Assembly: GCA_017302815.1 (NCBI GenBank)
Contig: JAFLCQ010000003.1
Span: 2,042-66,041, forward strand
Origin: Planctomycetota bacterium
GTDB taxonomy: Bacteria; Planctomycetota; UBA11346
DNA: 64,000 nt
Reading direction: 5' to 3'
The translations under genes and the position numbers were made by a program. Shown one piece after another: positions 50,028 through 60,470 of the stretch. The number at the start of each line of letters is the position of its first letter. Position 1 is the stretch's first letter. The notes beneath the pieces were generated by a model, which worked only from the letters and a program-made list of their open reading frames with translations, did not search any database and was not told the origin of the DNA.

Positions 50028-51587
50028 ATGCATCGCATCTCCCCCCTCCTCATCGCCCTCGCCGTTGGACAGCTCGCCGCTGTCGAACTCTCGCCGATGT
50101 TCAACGACAACGCGGTGCTGCAGCGCGACCGCGAGGTCGCGGTCTGGGGAGGCGGCAAGCCCGGCGAGCAGATCACGGTGCGCTTCGCCGGCCAGGAGCG
50201 CCAGGCCACCGCGGACGCCGACGGCCGATGGCTGGTGCGTCTGGCTCCGCTGGCGGCCAGCAAGGAGGGCCGCGATCTCGTGGTCGCAGGCGAAGGGACC
50301 GTGACGGTGAAGAACGTGGTCGTCGGCGAGGTGTGGATCTGCTCCGGGCAGTCCAACATGGAGTGGGTCGTCAACAACACCATGAACTCCAAGGATGAGA
50401 TCGCCGCAGCCGAACTGCCGCTGATCCGGCAGCTGGACATCCCCAACCTGCACCGGGGCTCGCCCACCACGACGTTCAAGGCCGCATGGACGCCAGCTTC
50501 TCCCAAGACCGCCGGCGGCTTCACCGCGGTCGGGTTCTACTTCGCCCGCGAGATCGCCCGCGAACTCGACGTCCCCATCGGCCTGATCGCCTCGAACTGG
50601 GGCGGCACCCGCATCGAACCGTGGATCAGCCCGGCCGGCCTGCGCGCCTCGCCGGAGCTCAAGGACATCGCCAGCCAGGTCGACGCCACCGATCCCTCGA
50701 CCGACGCCGGCAACAAGGCGCACCTCGATCACCTGGCGAAGGTCAGGGAGTGGCTGCCGCAGGCCGAGGCGGCCCTCGCGCAACGCAAGCCAGCCCCCGC
50801 GCTGCCGGCTGCCCCGGGATCGACCGGCGATCAGCAGGGCCCCGCCCGGCTGTGGAACGGCATGATCGCGCCCCTGGTGCCCTACGGCATCCGCGGCGCC
50901 CTGTGGTACCAGGGCGAATCCAACGGTGGGGAAGGGGTCAGCTACCTGCACAAGAAGAAGGCGCTGGTCTCCTCGTGGCGGCAGGCCTTCGGCCAGGGTG
51001 ACTTCCCCTTCTACTTCGTGCAGCTCGCCAATTACCAGAAGTCCGATCCGGCCAAGCCCGAGGGCGGCGACGGCTGGAGCCGGCTGCGCGAAGCGCAGCT
51101 GAACGCGATCAAGGAGATCCCCGCCACCGGCATGGCGGTGACGATCGATATCGGCGAGGCGAACGACATCCACCCCCGCAACAAGCAGGACGTCGGGCGG
51201 CGCCTGGCCCTGTGGGCGATGGCCAAGGACTACGGCAAGCCCGTCGTGCACAGCGGACCGCTCTACGCCTCGCAGGCGATCGAAGGCGCGGCCATCCGCG
51301 TGCGCTTCGACAGCGTCGGTGGCGGTCTGATGGCCGGCACCAAGAAGGGCCTCGAACCGGTCGCAGAGTCGAAGGGCGCGGCGCTGACCTGGTGGGCCAT
51401 CGCCGGCGAGGACAAGGTCTGGCGCAAGGCCGAGGCCAGGATCGACGGCGACAGCGTCGTCGTGTCCTCGCCCGAGGTCGCCAAGCCGGTGGCGGTGCGC
51501 TACGCCTTCGCCATGAATCCCGAGGGCGCCAACCTCTACAACCGCGAAGGCCTGCCGGCCTCGCCGTTCCGCACCGACAGCTGGTAG
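50028..51587 (+). CDS. Sialate O-acetylesterase-like (SGNH/DUF303) secreted hydrolase
   Basis: Signal peptide MHRISPLLIALAVGQLAA, then VGEVWICSGQSNMEW (GQSNM catalytic block) and WYQGESN. Confidence 0.65.
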   Translation: MHRISPLLIALAVGQLAAVELSPMFNDNAVLQRDREVAVWGGGKPGEQITVRFAGQERQATADADGRWLVRLAPLAASKEGRDLVVAGEGTVTVKNVVVGEVWICSGQSNMEWVVNNTMNSKDEIAAAELPLIRQLDIPNLHRGSPTTTFKAAWTPASPKTAGGFTAVGFYFAREIARELDVPIGLIASNWGGTRIEPWISPAGLRASPELKDIASQVDATDPSTDAGNKAHLDHLAKVREWLPQAEAALAQRKPAPALPAAPGSTGDQQGPARLWNGMIAPLVPYGIRGALWYQGESNGGEGVSYLHKKKALVSSWRQAFGQGDFPFYFVQLANYQKSDPAKPEGGDGWSRLREAQLNAIKEIPATGMAVTIDIGEANDIHPRNKQDVGRRLALWAMAKDYGKPVVHSGPLYASQAIEGAAIRVRFDSVGGGLMAGTKKGLEPVAESKGAALTWWAIAGEDKVWRKAEARIDGDSVVVSSPEVAKPVAVRYAFAMNPEGANLYNREGLPASPFRTDSW

Positions 51588-51612
51588 CCGCGGGCGGACG
51601 GCGGGCGCCGCG

Positions 51613-53559
51613 TCACTTCACGATGGCGCGGCGCTTGTCGATCAGCTGCTGCACCACGCCCGGATCGGCCAGGGTGGAGGTGTCGCCCAGGTTGTCCGTC
51701 TCGTCGGCCGCGATCTTGCGCAGGATCCGGCGCATGATCTTGCCGCTGCGGGTCTTGGGCAGCCCGGGCGCGATGAGGATGACGTCGGGGGTGGCGATCG
51801 GCCCGATGTGGTGGCGGACCTCGTTGCGCAGCTCGCCGATGAGCTCGGGGGTCTCCTTGTAGCCCTCCTTGAGCAGCACGTAGGCGAAGATGCCCTGGCC
51901 CTTGATCTCGTGCGGGTAGCCGCAGACCGCGGCCTCGGCGCAGCCGGGATGGCTGACCAGGGCGCTCTCGACCTCGGCGGTTCCCATGCGATGGCCCGAG
52001 ACGTTGATCACATCGTCGACGCGCCCGGTGATCCAGTAGTAGCCGTCCTCGTCGCGGCGGCAGCCATCGCCGGTGAAGTAGTAGCCCGGGAAGGGCTTGA
52101 GATAGGTCTCGGCGAAGCGCTGGTGGTCGTTCTGGATCGTGCGCGCCATCGACGGCCAGGCGCGCTTGAAGCACAGGACGCCGCTGACGCCATTGCCGGG
52201 CAGCTCATTGCCCTTCTCATCGAGGATCACCGGCTCGACGCCGAAGAACGGCAGCGTGGCCGAGCCGGGCTTGGTCGGGATGGCCGCCGGCAGCGGGGTG
52301 ATCATGATCGAGCCGGTCTCGGTCTGCCAGAAGGTGTCGACGATCTGGCAGCGCTTCTCGCCGACCACCTCGTGGTACCAGCGCCAGGCCTCGGGATTGA
52401 TCGGCTCGCCGACGCTGCCCAGCACGCGCAGGCTGCTGCGGTCGTACTTCTTCGGCCACTGGTCGCCCTCGCGCATGATGGCGCGGATGGCGGTCGGCGC
52501 GGTGTAGAACTGGGTGATCTTGTGGCGCTGCACCACATCCCAGTAGCGGCCGGCATCCGGATAGGTCGGGATGGATTCGAACATCACCGTCGTCGCGCCA
52601 TTGCACAGCGGGCCGTAGACGACGTAGCTGTGGCCGGTCACCCAGCCGATGTCGGCCATGCAGGCGTGGATGTCGCCCTCGCGGTAGTCGAAGACGAACT
52701 TCATCGTCATCGCGGCGCCGAGGAGGTAGCCCGCCGTGGTATGGGCGATGCCCTTCGGCTTCCCGGTGCTGCCCGAGGTGTAGAGCAGGAACAGGGTGTC
52801 CTCGCTGTCCATGTGCTCGATGGGGCAGTAGGGCCGCTCGCCGGCCATCAGCTCATCGATCCAGATGTCGCGGGGGGCGTAGAACGGGATCTTGCCGCCG
52901 GTGCGCTTGACCACGAAGACGTGCTTCACGCTCGGGCAGGCCATCACCGCCTCGTCGACGGTGCGCTTCAGCGGGATCACCTTCTTGGCGCGCAGGCCCT
53001 CGTCGGCGGTGATGACCGCCTTGCACTTGGCGTCGAGGATGCGGTCGCGCACGCTTTCCGCCGAGAAGCCGGCGAAGATCACGCTGTGGACCAGGCCGAG
53101 GCGGGCGCACGCCAGCATGGCGAAGGCCGCCTCGGGGATCATCGGCATGTAGATGGCGACCCGGTCGCCCTTGCGCAGGTTGTGATGGCGCAGGACGTTG
53201 GCCATGCGGCAGACCTGCCGCTGCAGTTCACGGTAGGTGATGGTGCGGGTCTGGCCGGGATCGTCCCCCTCCCAGATGATCGCCACCTGGTCGCCGCGGG
53301 TCTTCACGTGCCGGTCGACGCAGTTCTCGCACACATTCAGCTTGCCGCCGAGGAACCAGGACACGAGGCCCTGCTTCCAGTCGTTGTCGCTGACCTCGCG
53401 GAAGGGGTGGATCCAGGTCAGGTGCTCCAGCGCCATGCGGCCCCAGAAATGATCCGGCTCGGCCAGGCTCTCCTCGTACAGCGTGCGATAGGTCGCGAGG
53501 TCCGGGATGAGGGCGCCCTCGCGGACGCGATCCGGGGCGTGGATGAGCTGGTCGGCCAT
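51613..53559 (-). CDS. acs: Acetyl-CoA synthetase
   Basis: 648 aa from Met 53559. AMP-binding motifs [14 protein letters not shown]...[17 protein letters not shown] and [12 protein letters not shown], plus an Acs-type N-terminus ([12 protein letters not shown]). Confidence 0.9.
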   Translation of the reverse strand: MADQLIHAPDRVREGALIPDLATYRTLYEESLAEPDHFWGRMALEHLTWIHPFREVSDNDWKQGLVSWFLGGKLNVCENCVDRHVKTRGDQVAIIWEGDDPGQTRTITYRELQRQVCRMANVLRHHNLRKGDRVAIYMPMIPEAAFAMLACARLGLVHSVIFAGFSAESVRDRILDAKCKAVITADEGLRAKKVIPLKRTVDEAVMACPSVKHVFVVKRTGGKIPFYAPRDIWIDELMAGERPYCPIEHMDSEDTLFLLYTSGSTGKPKGIAHTTAGYLLGAAMTMKFVFDYREGDIHACMADIGWVTGHSYVVYGPLCNGATTVMFESIPTYPDAGRYWDVVQRHKITQFYTAPTAIRAIMREGDQWPKKYDRSSLRVLGSVGEPINPEAWRWYHEVVGEKRCQIVDTFWQTETGSIMITPLPAAIPTKPGSATLPFFGVEPVILDEKGNELPGNGVSGVLCFKRAWPSMARTIQNDHQRFAETYLKPFPGYYFTGDGCRRDEDGYYWITGRVDDVINVSGHRMGTAEVESALVSHPGCAEAAVCGYPHEIKGQGIFAYVLLKEGYKETPELIGELRNEVRHHIGPIATPDVILIAPGLPKTRSGKIMRRILRKIAADETDNLGDTSTLADPGVVQQLIDKRRAIVK

Positions 53560-53627
53560 GCGTTCTCCGTGCTGCTGAAAAGCGATACATAGCACCGGGA
53601 ACGGGGCGTGCTCAAGTCCGCACAGGC

Positions 53628-54854
53628 TCAACCTTCGTCGGGTGTCTGCGACCCGTCATGGCTGACCCCAACCAGCTCGGCGACCAGGATCTCGGAACTC
53701 TTGCCCTTGGCGTTGATGCCCTGGTCGCTGGCGATGCTGATGCGGCCGCGGCAGGCCTCGTAGAAGGTGAAGGTGACGACGATGCAGCCGGGCTTGGCGT
53801 GGTCGCTGACCCGCTTGGCGGTGTTCACCGTGTCGCCGAGGATGTCATAAGCCTTGGTCCGCACCGATCCGAACAGGCCCTCGATGACGTCGCCATGGTG
53901 GATGCCCATGCCGACGTGCAGGCCGTAGAGCCCGAGGAAGGCGCCCACCTCGTCGCGCAGGGCGATGGCGGCGCGTGCCGCATCCAGCGGGTCGGAGAAG
54001 AACATCATCACCTCGTCGCCGGTGTGCTTGGTCCGTTCGGGATGGAACGGGGCGCAGGCATGCTCGGCGGCCGTATAGACCCCATCGAGCATGAGCAGCA
54101 CCTCCTCCGGCGAACGCGGCTCGCTCCACTTGGTGAATCCCCGCACGTCGGCGAAGAGCACCGATCGGCGGGTCCGCCGCGGACGCAGATCGTCGTCCCG
54201 TCCCATCGCTCGGCTGAGCACGGATTTGCCCAGGAGCATCTCGGAATAGCCGCGCAGCCGCCCGGCGACCTCGGCCAGGCGCGCGTGGTCGCGGACGCGG
54301 AGGACCGCGCCGATGCCCAGCGCCACGCCAAGCAGGGCCATCGCTGCGGCGAGGAAGCGGTGCTCGGCCACGGCCAGGAATCCGTTCAGATCATCGGACA
54401 GGGCGGCGTAGATGCCGACCATGCCGAGCGAACGCAGGACGTGCTCGGCGATGATGGCGAACTCGGCCCCGGCCGGCGGCAGGACCGGGCCGATCCTGCG
54501 GCAGCAGGCGACCGCGAGCGAAACCGCCCAGTACACTCCCAAGAAGGGGTCGTGGGGCAGATTGGAGAGGTCGATGCAGGCCAGGCCAAGGGTGAACAGC
54601 CCGGCACCGATGAGATTCAGCAGGAAGGACGGCGGCAGCCGGCGCTGCGCCCGCATGGCTATGGCGTAGGACTGGACGAAGGCCCCGGCCAGCAGCGGAA
54701 CCACCTGGGGCCAGGTGGCGACCGGCAGCGCCAGCACGGTTGCCAGCGCGATGGCGATGGGGATCTGGCCCGAGGAACCCAGGAACTCGCTCGCCGCGAG
54801 GTGCGAAGCGCGCGGCTGCAGCAATCGACCGATGCCGGAGTCGTCACCGACCAT
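53628..54854 (-). CDS. Membrane-bound class III adenylate/guanylate cyclase
   Basis: N-terminal multi-TM region, then a cyclase catalytic domain [14 protein letters not shown] ... [11 protein letters not shown] ... [14 protein letters not shown] ... [13 protein letters not shown]. Confidence 0.8.
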   Translation of the reverse strand: MVGDDSGIGRLLQPRASHLAASEFLGSSGQIPIAIALATVLALPVATWPQVVPLLAGAFVQSYAIAMRAQRRLPPSFLLNLIGAGLFTLGLACIDLSNLPHDPFLGVYWAVSLAVACCRRIGPVLPPAGAEFAIIAEHVLRSLGMVGIYAALSDDLNGFLAVAEHRFLAAAMALLGVALGIGAVLRVRDHARLAEVAGRLRGYSEMLLGKSVLSRAMGRDDDLRPRRTRRSVLFADVRGFTKWSEPRSPEEVLLMLDGVYTAAEHACAPFHPERTKHTGDEVMMFFSDPLDAARAAIALRDEVGAFLGLYGLHVGMGIHHGDVIEGLFGSVRTKAYDILGDTVNTAKRVSDHAKPGCIVVTFTFYEACRGRISIASDQGINAKGKSSEILVAELVGVSHDGSQTPDEG

Positions 54855-54896
54855 GTGGCCATTGTGGACGCCCGGGCCGGCGGCGCCATGGCTGGC

Positions 54897-55667
54897 TCAA
54901 CGCGGCAGACGCTCCAGCAGGGCGGCCAGCGAGGCCTGCTCGGCCTCCGGGTTGTAATCGACCGCCGGAAGGACCGCGTGCAGCTCGCGGGCCTTGGGGT
55001 TGGTGAAGGCGTGCAGGGCGCGGCCGTAGATCTGCATGTCCCAGGCCGCCTTGGCGGCGATCATCTCGCCGGCGAAGGCGGCCACGTCGGCGGGCGGGAC
55101 CATGGGGTCGGAACCGCCATGCAGCACCAGGATCCTGGCCTTGATGCCGCCGGGGGAGACCGCCGTCGTGGTGGACAGGCCACCGTGGAACGAGGCCGCC
55201 AGATGCAGCGGCTCGCCAGCGCGGGCGAGTTCCAGCACCACCGTGCCGCCGAAGCAGAAGCCGATGGCGGAGAGGCGTTCCGCAGCCAGGCCGGAGCGTC
55301 CGGCCAGCACCGCCAGGCCGGCGCGCGCGCGTGACACCATGAGGCTCCGATCCTGATAGAATGGGCCGGCCCAGGCGCCGGCCTGCTTGGGATCGTCGGT
55401 GACCTTGCCGGCTCCATACATGTCGCAGGCGAAGGCGGCATAGCCGCGTTCGGCCAGTTCGCGGGCGCGGCGCTGCGCATAGTCGTTCATGCCCCACCAC
55501 TCCGGCACCACCAGCACACCGGCGCTCGGCTTGGCCGCGGCGGGCATGGCCAGGGCCCCGCGCAGGGCCACGCCATCATGCGCGTAGTCGACCGGGGTGA
55601 CGGTGGTGTCGACGGCGGCCACGATGGCGCCGAAGGACACGAGCAGGCAGAGAGCGGTGCGGATCAT
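54897..55667 (-). CDS. Dienelactone hydrolase family protein (secreted)
   Basis: Signal peptide, then GVLVVPEWWGMNDY and a nucleophile elbow IGFCFGG typical of DLH-family alpha/beta hydrolases. Confidence 0.7.
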   Translation of the reverse strand: MIRTALCLLVSFGAIVAAVDTTVTPVDYAHDGVALRGALAMPAAAKPSAGVLVVPEWWGMNDYAQRRARELAERGYAAFACDMYGAGKVTDDPKQAGAWAGPFYQDRSLMVSRARAGLAVLAGRSGLAAERLSAIGFCFGGTVVLELARAGEPLHLAASFHGGLSTTTAVSPGGIKARILVLHGGSDPMVPPADVAAFAGEMIAAKAAWDMQIYGRALHAFTNPKARELHAVLPAVDYNPEAEQASLAALLERLPR

Positions 55668-55728
55668 GCCGGGGATATGCCCTGGCGATCCGTCCAGGCC
55701 ATGCCCAGCACGGGCCGGCTTGCACGCG

Positions 55729-56532
55729 TCAGCCGTCGTAGGGCTCGTTGGGGCGGTGGCGCCGACGCCAGCGCATCGGTGCGCACCCGGTGGCGCGGCG
55801 GAAGGCGTCCGACAGGTGCTTCACCGAGCGGAAGCCGCAGGCGATGGCGATCTCAGCCAATGGCATGCGCGAGCGCGACAGCAGGTCGCGGGCGCGGTCG
55901 CAGCGCACCGAGGTCAGCCAGCGCCCGGGGCCGACGCCCAGGCGGGCGGCGAAGACGTGGCGCAACCGGGGCTCGCTGATGCCGATGGACTTGGCGACGT
56001 CGCCGACGCTGCCGATGCTGGCGTAGTCGCGGGCGATGCAGGCGCAGGCCAGCGCCACATGGTCGCTGGCCTCCGCAGGCTGGGCCGCCATGCCGCACAG
56101 CAGCGAGGCCGCCCGGTGGTCGAGCGAGGCCTGACGCCAGGGATCGTCGGAGCGGACGGCGGTGGACAGGTCCTCGAAGGCGTGGCGCAGCTGCAGATCG
56201 ACGAGATCGACGACCAGCACCCCCGCACAGCGCAGGCTGCCTTCCGGCAGCGCGACATGGAGGCACAGATCGGTGCCGGCCGCTTCCAGCACCTGGTCGT
56301 GGGCATGCCCGGGCGGGTAGATCACCACCGCCCCCGGTCCGAAGCTGACGCGGCTGCCGTCGGCCAGACCGCTGGTGCCGCGCCCGCTGGGATGGAACAC
56401 CAGTTCGGTGTCGCGGTGGGTGTGGCGAGGGCAGCTGGGACCGCGTCCCAGGAGATGGCGGAAACCGCAGACGAAGCGGACCGGGGCGTACCCTCCGTCC
56501 AAGGCCTCCCGCAACGCCTCGCGCGCATCCAT
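55729..56532 (-). CDS. AraC-family transcriptional regulator (cupin + HTH)
   Basis: C-terminal SVGDVAKSIGISEPRLRHVFAARLGVGPGRWLTSVRCDRARDLLSRSRMPLAEIAIACGFRSVKHLSDAFRRATGCAP is an AraC double HTH. Start at MDAREAL (56532), or 56577. Confidence 0.8.
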   Translation of the reverse strand: MDAREALREALDGGYAPVRFVCGFRHLLGRGPSCPRHTHRDTELVFHPSGRGTSGLADGSRVSFGPGAVVIYPPGHAHDQVLEAAGTDLCLHVALPEGSLRCAGVLVVDLVDLQLRHAFEDLSTAVRSDDPWRQASLDHRAASLLCGMAAQPAEASDHVALACACIARDYASIGSVGDVAKSIGISEPRLRHVFAARLGVGPGRWLTSVRCDRARDLLSRSRMPLAEIAIACGFRSVKHLSDAFRRATGCAPMRWRRRHRPNEPYDG

Positions 56533-56582
56533 CGCCGGCAGATTAGCGCGACGAGACGGCGGTGGAACCACTGCCATCCGCT

Positions 56583-58919
56583 TCAGGGCAGCCGCACGAC
56601 GCAGTCCACGGGCACCGCCAGGATGGATGCATCGCCGCGTCGCAGCTCGGCACCGAGCGGATACCGAGGCGACGCCTCGGCGGGCGTCACCGGCAGGGCG
56701 ACGCGCGCCGACGACCACGGTTCGACCCGCACTGCGGTTTCGCCACCCTGGCCAGGGGCACGCAGGGCGATCCGGCCGGTCAGCGGAGCATCCGAGGGGT
56801 TGTGCACGATCACCGTCACGTCGGCCGCGATGCCAGCGGTCAGCTCTGCCGGAGCTATCAGGGCCAGCAGCGGGCCGCATCCCGCGGTCAGCAGCAGCGG
56901 CAGGGCGCTCGTGATCTCACCAGCATCGATGGTGCAGCCGGCCGCGTCCATCTGCGCTGGCATGATCTCGGGACCGCTGCGCACGATACCGCCGGACCCA
57001 GCCGTCGGCCGGAAGGCGAAGACCTGGCGCGGACGGACACCGGGAATCGTGATACGGACCCCGCTGGCGTTCCTGATCGGACCACCCTGGCCACCCTGGG
57101 CGGCGACCACCACCAGGCGGTCATCGTCAGCCGCCAGCAGCGACACATCCGGAACCGGCATCCGCGAGCTGGCGACGGTCCAACCCGGCCGCACCCCGGC
57201 CTGGGCCAGCACCTCGACCAGGGCAGCCGGCAGGCCCGGTGCGGATCCGGTCAGGTGAGTGGCGCCCGGTGCGGAGGCGAACAGGGCCAGGCGTCCCCCC
57301 TGCGCCAGGCGCATCGCCGGCACCCCGTCGCGGGCGGCCCGGGCGACGGCATCGGTGCCGAGCAGCACGGCCAGCCCGAAGCCCGGTCTGGCGTCGACCT
57401 CGGCGCCCCAGCGGTCGACGGCGGCGAAGGGCTCGCTGGCGATGACCGTGCCTCCGCCGGTCACATACGCCCGCAGGCGGTCAGCCAGATCCTGGTCGGC
57501 TATGGCCGCATCGGGCAGGATCAGCGCGCGATAGCGCGCAGCGGACGCCGGCAGCTGCGCCGCCTGGATCACGTCGCAAGCGATGCCGGCCGCGGAGAGG
57601 GCGGCGTGCATGCCGTGGAACTCACGGTCCAGGGCCGACCCGCCGTCCAGCCGCCCGCCGTCGCGCGCACTGGCGCGCAGATAGGCATCGGGATCGAGGC
57701 AGATCGCCACCGCGGGCGGTGGCCGCGTGAAGCGGCCCAGGTTGATCATGCGCTGCTGATGCGCGATGTCGCGGCAGGCGAGCACGCGCGGATTCCACTC
57801 GCCGTCGGTGACGGTGAAGTCGTCCACCCGGCTGAAGCCCCACAGCAGCACCGCATCGGCACCATGGCCATACATCGTCCACACCTGCGAGCGCAGCAGG
57901 TCGGCGCGCCCCTCCTCGCCGATCGCCTTCCAGTGGCCCGAACGGGCGCCGAAGACCTCGCACTCCAGGACGTGGGCCGGACGGCCCTGCGCCACCCCCT
58001 GCAGCTGGTCCATCGCGTAGGGCACGAAGGCGCGATCGGTCCACGGCGTCGGATAGATGTCCATGCCGACGACATCCATCGCGCGGCTGTAGGCCTCGAC
58101 ATCGGCACAGCGGATGCCGTACCAGTTGTTGATCGGTCCGTCGAGGTTGGTCGTGCGCGACAGGTCCGGGCGGATGCGGCGGACGAAGCCGGATTCCCAA
58201 TCCATGAAGTCGGCGATCTGGTGCACCTGGAAGCGGCGCCAGTCCATCCACGCGCCAGGAGCTGCAGGATCGGCCTGAGCCGGCGGCACCACGGCGGCGA
58301 AGGCGGCGAAGGCGGACTTCCAGCGGCGGTTGAGGGTGGCGATGTCGCCGTGCCGGCCAGGCAGCCAGGCGCGAAAGGCGGCCACGCTGGCCGGGCCGTA
58401 GTCGAAGATGCGGGTGCGGTTCCAGTGCATCCCCGGTTCGTTGTGCAGGATCACCCCCGCCAGCGAGGCCGCGGGCGGGAAGCTCGCGAGGTAGGCGGTG
58501 AAATCCTTCTCCAGCATGGTGCGGAAACCGGCATGCGCGTAGCTGTACTGCGGCCAGCACGAATCGTCGTAGCGGATCGCCCACGACTTCCGGTCCTCGA
58601 CGCCGGTGCGGCCGTTCTGATCGACCATCCAGGCGTCGAGGACCGGGAAATAGTCGGCCGAGGGATAGTGGCTGCCCAGCTGGAGGTAGGAGCGCACCCC
58701 GCGGGATGCCAGCTCCTGCGCCCAGCGGGTATGGCCGGGGACGGCCCAGGCATAGCCGCCGCCGGTCAGGCGGACGCAGTTCAAACCGCTTTCGAAGAAC
58801 AGCTCGCGGGCGGCGGCAGGGCGCCCTGCTTCGCAGTCGGCGCCGAAGAGGATGTCGCGTTCAGCGGCGGCACTGGACGCGGCCACCGCGATGGCGGCGA
58901 CGAGGGGAAGCAGGGTCAT
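56583..58919 (-). CDS. GH42-like glycoside hydrolase (beta-galactosidase-like), secreted
   Basis: Signal peptide MTLLPLVAAIAVAASSAAA. TIM-barrel-like blocks ILHNEPGMH and HVLECEVFG (candidate acid/base and nucleophile Glu), and a middle trimerisation-like block AVAICLDPD. The family call is tentative. Confidence 0.5.
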   Translation of the reverse strand: MTLLPLVAAIAVAASSAAAERDILFGADCEAGRPAAARELFFESGLNCVRLTGGGYAWAVPGHTRWAQELASRGVRSYLQLGSHYPSADYFPVLDAWMVDQNGRTGVEDRKSWAIRYDDSCWPQYSYAHAGFRTMLEKDFTAYLASFPPAASLAGVILHNEPGMHWNRTRIFDYGPASVAAFRAWLPGRHGDIATLNRRWKSAFAAFAAVVPPAQADPAAPGAWMDWRRFQVHQIADFMDWESGFVRRIRPDLSRTTNLDGPINNWYGIRCADVEAYSRAMDVVGMDIYPTPWTDRAFVPYAMDQLQGVAQGRPAHVLECEVFGARSGHWKAIGEEGRADLLRSQVWTMYGHGADAVLLWGFSRVDDFTVTDGEWNPRVLACRDIAHQQRMINLGRFTRPPPAVAICLDPDAYLRASARDGGRLDGGSALDREFHGMHAALSAAGIACDVIQAAQLPASAARYRALILPDAAIADQDLADRLRAYVTGGGTVIASEPFAAVDRWGAEVDARPGFGLAVLLGTDAVARAARDGVPAMRLAQGGRLALFASAPGATHLTGSAPGLPAALVEVLAQAGVRPGWTVASSRMPVPDVSLLAADDDRLVVVAAQGGQGGPIRNASGVRITIPGVRPRQVFAFRPTAGSGGIVRSGPEIMPAQMDAAGCTIDAGEITSALPLLLTAGCGPLLALIAPAELTAGIAADVTVIVHNPSDAPLTGRIALRAPGQGGETAVRVEPWSSARVALPVTPAEASPRYPLGAELRRGDASILAVPVDCVVRLP

Positions 58920-58954
58920 GTTCCGGTCCTGATGCGTTGATGGTGGCTGACGGT

Positions 58955-59539
58955 TCAGCGGCGCACGGCGTAGTGCTGCGCGCGCCGGTCGCCGACCGGG
59001 ACCACCGAGCGCCAGGTGCAGACGTCCCAGTTCCAGGCGCGGTTGTCGGTCATCTGCTGATACGAGAACTCCGGTGTGCCCAGCGACAGCGCGACCTTGC
59101 CGTCGTGGCGCAGGATGAAGCCGCTGGCGTTGCCGCCGAAGAAGTGCGGCGGCTCCGGGGTCGTGGCCGGGAAGGTCCCGTTCGTCTCGCCGCAGGTCCA
59201 CGCGCCGCCGGTGCGCATGCCGGCGGGGATCACCAGCTCGACGCACACGGCCGCGGCGTCGCCGCAGCGCTCGACATCGATGTCGAAGCCGTCGCCGGCC
59301 AGCGCGACGCCCAGCTTGGCGCCGCCCGGGAAGTCCAGCACCGCCGAGCGCCCGTCGGCTGCCAGTGCCACGGCGCTGTGCGCGGTGCGGGCATAGGCGG
59401 CATCCTGCAGCGACGGCCACGACAGGACCATGTCCGGTCCGGTGGCGGCGACGTGGATGCCATCCGCGGCGAGGCGGGGCGTCGGTTCGGCGGCGGCCAG
59501 CGTGGCGGCGAGGGCGAGGATGGGGACGATGCGGGACAT
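58955..59539 (-). CDS. Secreted hypothetical protein
   Basis: 194 aa from Met 59539 with signal peptide MSRIVPILALAATLAAA. No recognised motif. Confidence 0.5.
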   Translation of the reverse strand: MSRIVPILALAATLAAAEPTPRLAADGIHVAATGPDMVLSWPSLQDAAYARTAHSAVALAADGRSAVLDFPGGAKLGVALAGDGFDIDVERCGDAAAVCVELVIPAGMRTGGAWTCGETNGTFPATTPEPPHFFGGNASGFILRHDGKVALSLGTPEFSYQQMTDNRAWNWDVCTWRSVVPVGDRRAQHYAVRR

Positions 59540-59633
59540 GGGACCTCCATGGTGGTGGAGGGCCCATCCTAGGCCTGGGCGGGGGATACCGGCAATCAAT
59601 ACAAACGATCGAAACGACGATTTTCGGCTGCCC

Positions 59634-60428
<795 letters not shown>

Positions 60429-60470
60429 TCAGGAGCCCGTCGGCCGTGCAAGCCCGTGCCCTGGACACCT

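Noticed and set aside
60429-60470. Possible Mn-responsive (yybP-ykoY type) riboswitch upstream of the TerC-family gene
   Set aside because: Only about 42 nt separate the TerC start from the upstream dinG stop. That is too short for this riboswitch class, and no conserved core was seen.
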